The translations under genes and the position numbers were made by a program. The notes under the pieces are model-generated. The model saw nothing but the letters and a program-made list of their open reading frames with translations, ran no database searches and was not told the DNA's origin. Below, piece by piece: positions 53,766-64,000 of a stretch of 64,000 nucleotides of DNA (the first letter of the stretch is position 1; every line of letters begins with the position of its first letter). The stretch comes from Octopus vulgaris (taxonomy: Eukaryota), in contig OX597818.1 in NCBI GenBank assembly GCA_951406725.2, positions 144,026,001 through 144,090,000 on the forward strand, read 5' to 3'.

Positions 53766-54533
53766 ATGTTCATCACACTGTCTCCAAAAGAGATCCGCTA
53801 TACTCAAGATTCTATCTCTTCACGTTTTCAAAATGGAAACGAAATACAAGATCTTATTTCAGACATTATCAAGGGTCAAACCACAATTAATGAAATTCGA
53901 ACAATCAGAGTTTTCCTTAAACATGAGAAACATTATAGTGTAGACAATAGGAGACTTTACGTGTTCAAAGAAGTGCAACGGTTAAAGCAGCCAAATTTGA
54001 GGATAAGAGTCAAATTAATTCACCAAGTTGATTCTCACGTAGATAAGTTCACTACAACGACCGATGGTTTACGTATAAAAGTAAGAAAGGGACTTGCAAA
54101 TAGAGTACCTAAACATACAACTGCGCCGACAAATATATATTCGTTTAGCGCAAGTCCCAGAAGAACTACATATGATGAAAGTTTCAGAACTACATATGAA
54201 GAAAGTCCCAGAACTGCATATGAAGAAAGTCCCAGAACTACATATGAAGAAAGTCCCAGAACTGCATATGAAGAAAGTCCCAGAACTGCATATGAAGAAA
54301 GTCCCAGAACTACATATGAAGAAAGTCCCAGAACTGCATATGAAGAAAGTCCCAGACCTACTTATGAAGCAAGTACCAGAACTACTGATGCAACTGGATC
54401 TAGTTTCTCCAGTAGCTATGGAACGGATAACGTTTACAGACTGGAGACTCCAATAGTTCCGAATATTATACTTGAAGAACCCACAAAGCCAACACCAGAG
54501 AAATCCAATGATCGTTGTTGTGTAATTCTTTAA
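53766..54533 (+). CDS. ParB/Sulfiredoxin-like domain protein with repeat linker and C-terminal CCaaX (255 aa), copy 2
   Basis: Intact ORF from ATG 53766; IRYTQDSIS, HYSVDNRRL; 9 repeats; ends CCVIL*; AATAAA at 54781. Confidence 0.8.
   Translation: MFITLSPKEIRYTQDSISSRFQNGNEIQDLISDIIKGQTTINEIRTIRVFLKHEKHYSVDNRRLYVFKEVQRLKQPNLRIRVKLIHQVDSHVDKFTTTTDGLRIKVRKGLANRVPKHTTAPTNIYSFSASPRRTTYDESFRTTYEESPRTAYEESPRTTYEESPRTAYEESPRTAYEESPRTTYEESPRTAYEESPRPTYEASTRTTDATGSSFSSSYGTDNVYRLETPIVPNIILEEPTKPTPEKSNDRCCVIL
54165..54380 (+). repeat. Coding 24-nt repeat (TxYEESPR) x9
   Basis: Direct sequence. Confidence 0.92.
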
Positions 54534-56074
54534 ACAGTCATCCTGATGCTACTGACTCAAAGGAATATCAATTTTAATTTTCTTGAATTTTGCTTGTTTT
54601 ATTTGAGACGATAATGGAACTTAAATTTAAATCTCTGATACTACGGATGTGAAGTAAGAACCTTCTAGTTTTCTTTACCTTTTTGGCAAAATTCTACCAC
54701 CTCAACCCCACATTTTACAACAAAAAAAAAAAAGATTTAAAGTTACCGGTTTTCTTTTTACCTTTCCTATTTTTACGGATAATAAAATACATGCGAAGCA
54801 AAATATTAGAACTATTGGGATTTTAATTAAGTTTTCTTTATATATTCAAATTAATCATTTAAACGATTTTACTGGTAAATTATGACAAACGGAATAAAAT
54901 TTGAACATTATCGAAGGGAAGTCGTTCTCTCCTCAGACACAGGAAAGCAACAATTGACCTTTCATTTATTCTTTTCTCAAGTTATATAAAACATTATATA
55001 TATATATATATATATATAATATGTGTGTGTATGTATGTATGTATAAAAGGGACCGAGGTAAAAGAATACGCACACCACCCGTTTACGAAGTAACAAGGAC
55101 CCTAGCCCCTAACACTGGTTGTACGTGTTCTTTACTTTCGCCATAAAAGGTTTTTGTTTCATTTAAACAATTTTAAAACGTCTAAATTATAAGTTTATCG
55201 TTTAATAAACCTCCCCACACGCGGCAAAAGAGTTTCAATCTCTCTGTTACCAACGAAAACGATAAGCTTCCTCGATATTATTATTGTGTAACCAGAAGCT
55301 TGTTACTTTTAAACGTTCAGGGGGGAAAAAAAACTTCCTTTTCTACACACCCATATTTTTCTTTTTATTTTTGTTAATGTGTACATCTTAACCTTATGGG
55401 GTCATTCATATCGATTCATTTCAAGATGACAACGCCGTTACATAGCAATTACACCCACAAAGGAATCTAAAAAAAAGATTTTTTGCGTCGAAGTACCCTG
55501 AACTCCCAATATGCCACAAATCTCCCTTTTTTATTTTCAGAAACAAAGGGAGGCTAGTGCTGGGGGAGCTTGGAATTACTCCCGAAAGTCCGAGGTCCAC
55601 CACCACATAAACGGCTCCTTTCTACTGAAAATGGAAGATTTGGCTGCTATTTCTAGCACGCGCTGCTACCACGTAACAGCTATTTGCGATAGCAGCATGT
55701 CCTTTATCGCAAATACCTGTTCAGTGGTAGCAGGACGTGCTAGAAATACCAGCCTAATCGGTTCATAACAACGTTTCACATTGTTTCGCTTTAATTACAA
55801 CTAGGGAGGGGGAGGTTGGGTGATCTGCTGTTCCTGTCATTATTAAAGTGTTGCCTAAAAATGCACCTGGTTTTTACCCCTTGATTTGCCTTTTCCCACT
55901 GGTCAACGGTTTCTGTAGATTGTATCTGTATAATGTCACTTCCTACTTTTTCTTAAAATACTGCGAAATGTGCTCCACATACAAAGAAGTTACATTTTAA
56001 TTCAAACGAAATAACCAGTTCTTGAATCTTTCAGAAAATTAATAAAAGAAAAGTGGTGCGCTTTCGTATGTGAA

Positions 56075-56742
56075 AATAATCTTTTGTCACTAAACACTTT
56101 CAAACTTCGGACACGGGTGGAAAGGCGTGATTCAACTGAATAAAATGACTGCCGTCGTTTGTCAACAAGAACTTCCGGCGGTGTATATTTCGTCTGTCAC
56201 TGTTAATGACAACCCTTAACCACCCTTTCCTTACTGTATTTCTGTTGAGATGCTCTCTGTTTCTTTCAATTACTTTAAAAAAACAAAGAATTTAGTAAAG
56301 TAACTTAGTTATCATTCAGCTGGTTTTAGGAATATAGATTGTGACTAAGGATTGGTGGAAGATTTTAATTCAAAACTTATGAAAACAAGACATTTGTACT
56401 CAGAGCCACAGCCGGTTTCAGCCGGGTTGGTCACGAAAGGGTTAAAACTAGTACAAACGCACGATATGTCATAAATAGCAATTACAAACGAAAAACCCAC
56501 CGCCGATAGTTTTTGTTGACAAACAACAGCAGTAATTTTATTCAGCTGAATACACGTCATTGATTGGTTGAAATTACCGAAATACGAAAACTTTGAGACG
56601 TGAAATAACTTCGTAAATAGGTTTTTCACAAAAATGCTAAGAGTAAAAGATATTTCATATGACACATTCTACCAGTGTCCGAAGTTTGAAACTGTTTAGT
56701 TACAAAAGATTATTTTTTAAATCTGTCGGTCAAAAGGTAAAG
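56075..56742. mobile_element. Palindromic MITE (inverse copy of 59232-59826) with a nested piggyBac-like MITE
   Basis: Arms ctaaacactttcaaacttcggacac / gtgtccgaagtttgaaactgtttag; insert 56216-56445 bounded by TTAA and ccct..aggg. Confidence 0.7.
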
Positions 56743-56778
56743 ATCCGCAACCAGTTGCTCAGACAGCCGGCACATACC

Positions 56779-57008
56779 TATTTCTTTACTACCCACAAGG
56801 GGCTAAACACAGAGGGGACAAACAAGGACAGACGTAGGTATTAAGTCGATTACATCGACCCCAGTGCGTAACTGGTACATAATATATCGACCCCGAAAGG
56901 ATGAAAGGTAAAGTCGACCTGGGCGGAATTTGAACTCACAACGTAACGGCAGACGAAATACCGCTAAGCATTTCGCCCGGCGTGCTAACGGTTCTGCCAG
57001 CTCGCCGC
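56779..57008 (-). mobile_element. Meta-domain-like SINE with 19-bp target-site duplication
   Basis: Same family as 28349-28582; cagacagccggcacatacc at 56760-56778 and 57009-57027. Confidence 0.9.
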
Positions 57009-57721
57009 CAGACAGCCGGCACATACCATTTCGCTAGCCACAAGGGGAGCACAGGATGACAGTCAGCCCAAACCGTCGCTATGCTGTATCTCTTCTTTCC
57101 TCTCTGTCTCTCTTATTAAGAAGATGTATGTATATTGTGCTAAGATTCGTTATCAAAAGTTATCCTTACTGAGAAGAAGCAGTCAAAAGCAACCACCACA
57201 TACAATCACCAAACATCTCCACTACTTAACACCGTCCAAGTTAACCTGCTTCACCTTTTCAACTGACATGAAACACTACGAGGAAAAGCAACCATTTTAA
57301 TTTAGCCAAAAAAGAGAAAAAATCGATTGCTATGAAAACGCGTAAAATTTGAGGGTTAATAATCTTAAATCTTTAGTTACAGTTTCTCATTCAAACTACA
57401 TAATAAGCAGAATTGTCAGATTAAGACAGTGGGGTGTTTTGAGGGAGATTTGGCTGCTGTTTCTACTAGGTCTAGCTACCATGTAGAAGTCTCCCTTATT
57501 GGCTCATACATACATATATGCATAAACTCGAAATAAAATACATAAAGCAACAGGCGTCAAATACAAATGCCGAGGTTCATGCAGTGTCATGAGCCCAAAT
57601 ATTTCCAACTTCTAGTCTAATGCGAGCTCAGAGCAATCTCTTATCTCTTACACTATTTCAGTATTATGTCTGTATTGTAATGCGAGATAATACTTTCAGT
57701 TTGAAAGAAGTCTGTCCTCTC

Positions 57722-58279
57722 TCTCTCTATATATATATATTATATAAAATCCGTTCTGTCTGCTTGTGTGTGTGTCTTCTCTGATCTCGGGCATCCTCCA
57801 TCCGATTGCGCTCAAATTTGATATGTAGATACCGACGGTATCAGGGCGTGTATAAGTCTTGAAACAACTACAAAAATCGATTCCAGGTGAGAATGCGATC
57901 AATAAAGCCGTTATTTCCGTCAACCTGTACATAACTGCACCTTCCATTTTTTTGTTGGTTTTGTACTGCTTAAAGACACGTTTCGTTCCTGCCAAGTTTA
58001 CTGTTTAAACCGTGTCTGTGTTCTCCCAGTTAAAAGCCTATTCATTACTGGTACTTTAAAATCTTTGGTTGCATATTTGTGTGAATAAAATCGTTTTTCT
58101 TTGGAATAGAAAAAAGTTTATCGTTATTTCTTCTTTTGCTGGTGTCTCAAATTTAGATTAAATCAGTGTTTCCCAAATGTGAGGCCTATGGGACGGACGG
58201 ACAAGTTTTGAGAATATTTGGTGTCAATGTTTGACAACTCAGCACCGTCCATTGGACAGGGGGCGTTTTGCTCGTGTGT

Positions 58280-58331
<52 letters not shown>

Positions 58332-59088
58332 CTTATGCATTCTAAAACCGAGTTATAGATTTTCACGAATGGGGTATCAAAAGATTCAGTACTATTTCGG
58401 TAACAAATTAAGCAGGTATGTTCCATACCATTCTTATAAAAATGATAACTCTGTCCAAATTGGTGTGCTAAACACAAATTGGTGTTTCTGTAGAGCTTTA
58501 AAATTTTCAAGTGAAACAAATGGTATGTGCTGCTCAGGTGGTCAGGTAACATTGCCAGCACTACCAGCTCCTTCTCAACCACTTATGGATCTTCTAGAAG
58601 GCACTTCCATCCAGTCAAAGGATTTTCTGAACAATATCAGGTAATACAACTCTGCATTTCAAATGACATCGTTTGGTGCATCTAAGAAGATAAACACGAG
58701 TTTACGCTGACGTCAAAGTTCAAGGGCAAGTCCATCACCTTATTGGTTCCCTGTGGCCCAGAAATGAACAACCACAGATCCTCCAAATTTACTTTATGAG
58801 TGATGTAGGACAACAAACCCGAAGGAGGTGTTAAATTTTCCGATGATGGGTCGTGTTAGACACAGCGTTGACTGCTGCAAAAGAGAGTATATCCACTGAC
58901 AGCTTTTCTGTGCGTTCAAAACTCACATGACCCCATGTTGCTTTGTCGAATTAGCGCAGCATTTACTCCACAAATGTTTTGTTGTCAATGCTTCACTTTC
59001 CCATATCACCTCTTTCAACATAATCTGTAATATGTTACATACAAACTATGCCATTTTAATCCCGAGCAACGCCGGGTGCCTCTGCTAG
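57722..59088 (+). mobile_element. Deleted Helitron with Rep/Hel N-terminal coding remnant
   Basis: TC start; CCSGGQVTLP..FLNNIR*YNSAFQMTSFGA..VQGQVHHLIGSL..LQIYF; cccgagcaacgccggg hairpin + CTAG. Confidence 0.88.
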
Positions 59089-59231
59089 TAAACTCATATA
59101 AGCACATATATCCACATGCATTTATATATTAACGATGTACGCAAATACACGACAGGTAAACATAATACTGAAGTACGCATGAAGTAAACACATAAAGATA
59201 AATATAACAAACAACGCAGAGACAAAGCATC

Positions 59232-59826
59232 TTTACCTTTTGACCGACAGATTAAAAAATATTTTTTTGTAACTAAACACTTTCAAACTTCGGACACAGG
59301 TAGAATGTGTCATATAAAATATCTTTTACTCTTAGCATTTTTGGGAAAAACATTTACGAAATTATTTCACGTTAAAGTAGTCGTATTTCGGTAATTTCAA
59401 CCAATCAATGACGTGTATTCAGCTGAATAAAATTACTGCCATTGTTTGTCAACAAAAACTATCGGCGGTGGGTTTTTCCTTTGTCACTGTTATTTGTGAC
59501 ATCGTTCGTGCGTTTGTACTGGTTTTAACTTGAGGGTTTTAAGGTTAGGATTTTAGGGTTGTCATAAATAACAGTGACAAACGAAATATACACCGCCGGA
59601 AGTTCTTGTTGACAAACAACAGCAGTAATTTTATTCAGCTGAATACACGTCATCGATTGGTTGAAATTACCGAAATAGGACAACTTTAACGTGAAATAAC
59701 TTCGTAAATATAAGTTTTTCTCAGAAATACTAAGAGTAAAAGACGTTTTATAAGACACATTCTACCAGTATTCGAAGTTTGAAAGTGTTTGGTTAAAAAA
59801 AAATATTTTTCAAATCTGAGACAAAA
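59232..59826. mobile_element. Palindromic MITE
   Basis: Long imperfect inverted arms centred near 59530. Confidence 0.75.
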
Positions 59827-60189
59827 GAAACAGTAAGATGATACATGCTGATTTTATTAGGTATTTCCGTTTATTTAGAAACCTACAATGAACAGGTCAG
59901 ACGCTAAACTCTAAATTCCACAGGGTACAACCTTAAAGTTAACATCGCTCCGCTGAATTATAGCCGATTTTCAGATTTTTTACTGTGTTTTAAAAAATGC
60001 TTACTTTACGAATGAAAAAAACTAGATCCGAAAAAGGTTTTTAACAAGATCCGATGTATCATGGTGAGAGAAACAAATTCATAAATAAGGTGTTGAATAT
60101 AGTTTCACTGTGGGAAAAATGTTAAGGTCAATTTAGCTGTTGCTTTTAGCGCATCACTACAATTGGGATCTTTAAAAAAACTCATACCT

Positions 60190-60508
60190 TTTAGGAGAAT
60201 GGGGTTTTTTTTCAATGAAATTTTATAGAAATACCTTTCATACGGCATACATTACGATTATAAAGAAATTTCTGGGGAAAATCTTTTCCAAGGAGGTGGG
60301 GAGAGAACATCGGAAAATTTACAAAATCCGAGTTTTTTCTCATAACTTTCAGGAAAATGGGTCTTTTTTTTTCAATGAAATTTTATAGAAATATCTCTGC
60401 AACGGCATACATTACGATTATAAAGTAATTTGTGGGGAAAATCTTTTCCGAAGGGTGGGGAGAGGACTTTGGAAAATTCACAAGATGCAAGTCATTCCCT
60501 CATAATTG
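60190..60508 (-). repeat. ~157-bp satellite, inverted arm (unit 3)
   Basis: Homologous to 48255-48515. Confidence 0.8.
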
Positions 60509-60523
60509 TATATATATATATAT

Positions 60524-61797
60524 ATGGGATACCTCGAGAAAATACTATACCGGATGACACTCGAGAAATATGGAAACACCTTCGCCACCTATATCCATAA
60601 CAACTGGAAAAGATACCTCGATGACTGTTTCATCATCTGGGACAAAGGCATAGAGAAACTTGAGGAATTTAAAATTCTATTAAATGGAATAAATGACAAT
60701 ATACAATTCACGATGGACCACAACGAAAAAGAATTACCATTTTTAGACATCCTCATTAAGAAAACCGGCAACAAAATAGAGACAGATATCTACTATAAAC
60801 CGACAGACTCTAAACAGTACCTACCCTTTGATTCATGCCACCCACGACACACTAGAATGAATGTCCGATACAGCTAAGGGTCAGACCCGATTCTGATTGG
60901 TCAACAAGTTGATGACGTCTAGCTCTGCTAGAATGGACAGGATACAAACAGGGGACAGTCATTAGTCAGAATATTGATGACGTCCTTTTCTGCTTGAATA
61001 GTTACCTAACAAGTACAGACAGGTGGCAGATCTAATGTAGCTATAAGTCGTGATTGGGCAGAATCTGGATGACGTCCCGCTCTGCTTGACTAACGAAGCG
61101 ACTGGTCAAAACAGGAAACAAACAAGAGGCAGATATAATGCAGCGATTGGTCAAAATAATGATGACGTCCCGTTCTACTTGACTAACGAAGCGACTGGTC
61201 AAAACAGGAAACAAACAAGAGGGAGTTATAATGCAGCGATTGGTCAAAATAATGATGACGTCCCGTTCTACTTGATTAAAGCCACCTAACGAAACGATTG
61301 GTCAAAACATTGATGACGTCACGCTACGCTAGATTGACCACCTAACAGGCATTATAAAACCGAGCATTTCACAAAAACTCACTAGAACCACCCAGCGAAC
61401 TTCCACCATGGGTCATCACAATTGTTTAAGGTAAAAATGAATTCCTCGCTCTTTCGGAAACATCAATCTTCTGTATTGACCGCTTTCCACCACTTTGATC
61501 TGTTTTTTGTATTGAATACGTATCGCCACCGTGGGCGACTGCATCGAACACTTTGAACATATACTTCAAACTATATATCAACTATACATGAACTATATAT
61601 CAACTATACATGAACTCTAAGATGTCTGACTCCGTTGTGTATTATAAATGAATTTCTTGTGTTTGACGGCATGAGCTGTCTTTTTTTATATATAACTTTT
61701 TTTGATAAGGTTCATTTCAGGAACTGAAACATGTTATAATGTATATATAAAAATTAAAAATTGTATAATACAGCAGCATTTTCGAACTTCATTTTTT

Positions 61798-61800
<3 letters not shown>
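60524..61800 (+). mobile_element. Penelope-like element (RT fragment + LTR-like region) inserted in a (TA)n tract
   Basis: WKRYLDDCFIIW, NIQFTM, LPFLDILI, TDIYYKPTDSKQYL..SCHP; degenerate hammerhead at 61701-61740; absent from the homologous site at about 48520. Confidence 0.88.
60890..61365 (+). promoter_or_regulatory. Tandem CCAAT-box/CRE array followed by a TATA box
   Basis: Repeated GATTGG..N..TGACGTC modules in ~108 bp repeats; TATAAAA at about 61353. Confidence 0.55.
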
Positions 61801-61839
<39 letters not shown>

Positions 61840-61920
61840 TATGTGTGTGCGTATCTATCTATCTCTCTCTCTCTCGTTGCTGTGTTTTTTTCTGTGTTTT
61901 CTTGTTTGGATTAACTCTCA

Positions 61921-61973
<53 letters not shown>

Positions 61974-62149
61974 TATAAAGAGAGAGAGAGAGAGAGAAAG
62001 TAATAAAGAGTGAATGAGAATAATTGAAAATGAAACAAAATTGAAGCCAAATAACTAAAAATTATAGAAAGTGGGTAGAAATAAACACTACGTAGTGTAG
62101 TAGTACTACGCTAGGGTATGTGTAGAAAGTTGAACGTGATTTCGGAATA

Positions 62150-63305
62150 TAATGAGGAAAAATTCGGATCTTGGGGATTTTCCGAAAGTTCGCTACCAAC
62201 ATCAAGATTTTCCCTACAACTTACTTTATAGTTGTAATGAATGCCGTTTCAATAGTATTTCTATAAAATTTCATTGAAAAAAAACCATTTTCCTAAAACT
62301 TGTGAGGGAAAAACTCGGATTTTGTGAATTTTCCGAAGTTCTCTCCCCACCGAGTTGGATAAGATTTTCCACAAAAATTTCTTTATAATCCGAAAGTATG
62401 CCGCTTGAAAGGTATTTCTATAAAATTTCATTGAAAACAACCCATTTTCCCAAAACTTGTGAGGGAAAAACTCGGATTTTGTGAATTTTCCCAAGTCCTC
62501 TCCCCACCGAGTTGGATAAGATTTTCCACACAAATTTCTTTATAATCCCAAAGCATGCCGTTTGAAAGGTATTTATATAAAATTTCATTCAAAAAACCCA
62601 ATTTTCCTAAAACTTGTGAGGGAAAAACTCGGATTTTGTGAATTTTCCGAAGTCCTCTCCCCACCGAGTTGGATAAGATTTTCCACACAAATTTCTTTAT
62701 AATCCCAAAGCATGCCCTTTGAAAGGTATTTCTATAAAATTTCATTCAAAAAACCCCATTTTCTTAAAACTTGTGAGGGAAAAACTCGGATTTTGTGAAT
62801 TTTCCGAAGTCCTCTCCCCACCGAGTTGGATAAGATTTTCCACACAAATTTCTTTATAATCCGAAAGTATGCCGCTTGAAAGGAATTTCTATAAAATTTC
62901 ATTAAAAAAAAACCATTTTCCTGAAAGTTACGAGGGAAAAGCTCGGATTTTGTGAATTTTCCCAAGTCCTTTCCCCATCCCCTTGGAAAAGATTTTCCTC
63001 ACAAATTTCTTTCTAATCCGAAAGCATGCCCTTTGAAAGGTATTTCTATAAAATTTCATTGAAAATAACCCATTTCCCTAAAAGTTATGTGGGAAAAACT
63101 CGGATTTTGTGAATTTTCCGAAGTCCTTTCCCCATCCCCGTTGGAAAAGATTTTCCTCACAAATTTCTTTATAATCGTAATCTATGCCGTTTGAAAGGTA
63201 TTTCTATAAAATTTCATTGAAGAAACCCCATTTTCCTAAAAGTTACGAGGGAAAAACTCGGATCTTATAAATTTTCCAAAGTCCTCTCCCCACCCTCCCG
63301 TTTCT
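62150..63305 (+). repeat. ~157-bp satellite array (about 7 monomers)
   Basis: Monomer starts at 62263, 62420, 62577 and onward. Confidence 0.92.
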
Positions 63306-64000
63306 TTGCTGCTTGCGATAGTAGTCGAGGAGGAACAACTTCCGGGTCATCTCTACTAAATGTCACCACTCTGTTCTATGTCCAGCAGCCACCTTTATCC
63401 TTTCTAGTCAGCACCGTGCATTCCTTACTCTTTCCCTCCCTACTACACTATCAACTAGCAACCAGCCAGCGAACTTGTTACTGCACTGCAGTTACCGTAT
63501 TTTCAGGTGTATAAGCCGCTATTTTTCTTTTACCGTCAGGTTTTAATAATGCTACTTTTCATCTAATAAAGACTTTTATATTGACGAAATATGTTTGTTG
63601 TTGATTATAGTAAGATAAAATCATGACAATGACAATACATCTCATAGTTAGAAAATAAGGCATTTTGAAACTACCTACACGTCAAGGATCTGTTCAGTTT
63701 GGCTCAAACACTGAAGAGATCCAATTTCATTGCAAGATATCCATTTTCCTAAAGGTTATGAGGGGGAAAATTCGGATCGTGTGAATTTTCCGAAAGTCCT
63801 ATTCCCGCCCCCGATTCGTTACTGCAAATTTTTATTTTCATATTTCATTATTGCACATTTTTTTTTACACCTGTTACACTCGTTTTGATTTCTGTTTTGG
63901 TAACCAGTAGTAAAAGTAACGTTAACCGATAGAATACCAGGTTTCAAAAAATGAGCCCTGGGATCGATTCATTCGACTAAATATTCTCCAAGGCGGTGCC
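63300..64000 (+). other. Third duplication unit: upstream region of another ParB-like CaaX gene copy
   Basis: Near identity to 49500-50203; CDS predicted about 390 bp beyond the window end. Confidence 0.85.

Noticed and set aside
50472-54456. Overlapping alternative-frame ORFs (50472-50717, 50996-51229, 53645-53890, 54094-54456)
   Set aside because: Shadows of the main CDS and its 24-nt repeat; no independent support
62261-62965. Repeated minus-strand ORFs (MKFYRN...)
   Set aside because: Translations of the 157-bp satellite with inconsistent frames

Overview
AT-rich, repeat-dominated eukaryotic DNA, most likely a coleoid cephalopod (Octopus-like); this is inferred from the tRNA-derived SINE families, abundant (TA)n/(CA)n microsatellites and the LINE/Penelope/Helitron mix. 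Most ORFs in the track are microsatellite artefacts or transposon remnants: CR1-group LINEs, Penelope-like elements with hammerhead-ribozyme motifs, Tc1/mariner, a Merlin/IS1595-like remnant, Helitrons and MITEs. The only convincing host coding sequences are two tandem genes with uninterrupted CDSs (50593-51237 and 53766-54533). Each encodes a small ParB/Sulfiredoxin-like domain (IRYTQDSIS...YSxDNRRL), a variable-number TxYEESPR repeat linker and a C-terminal CaaX box (CVIL). A third duplication unit runs off the right edge and a fourth, truncated copy lies at about 47.1-47.3 kb. The paralogs differ mostly by amino-acid-changing substitutions while their flanks are nearly identical, which suggests a fast-evolving, membrane-anchored effector family. 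Other highlights: an in-frame chimera of two different LINEs carrying two RT domains, a 3' tail shared between SINEs and a LINE family, several hammerhead motifs, a CCAAT/CRE array with a TATA box, and two satellites apparently derived from mobile-element ends. All coordinates and counts were read by eye.
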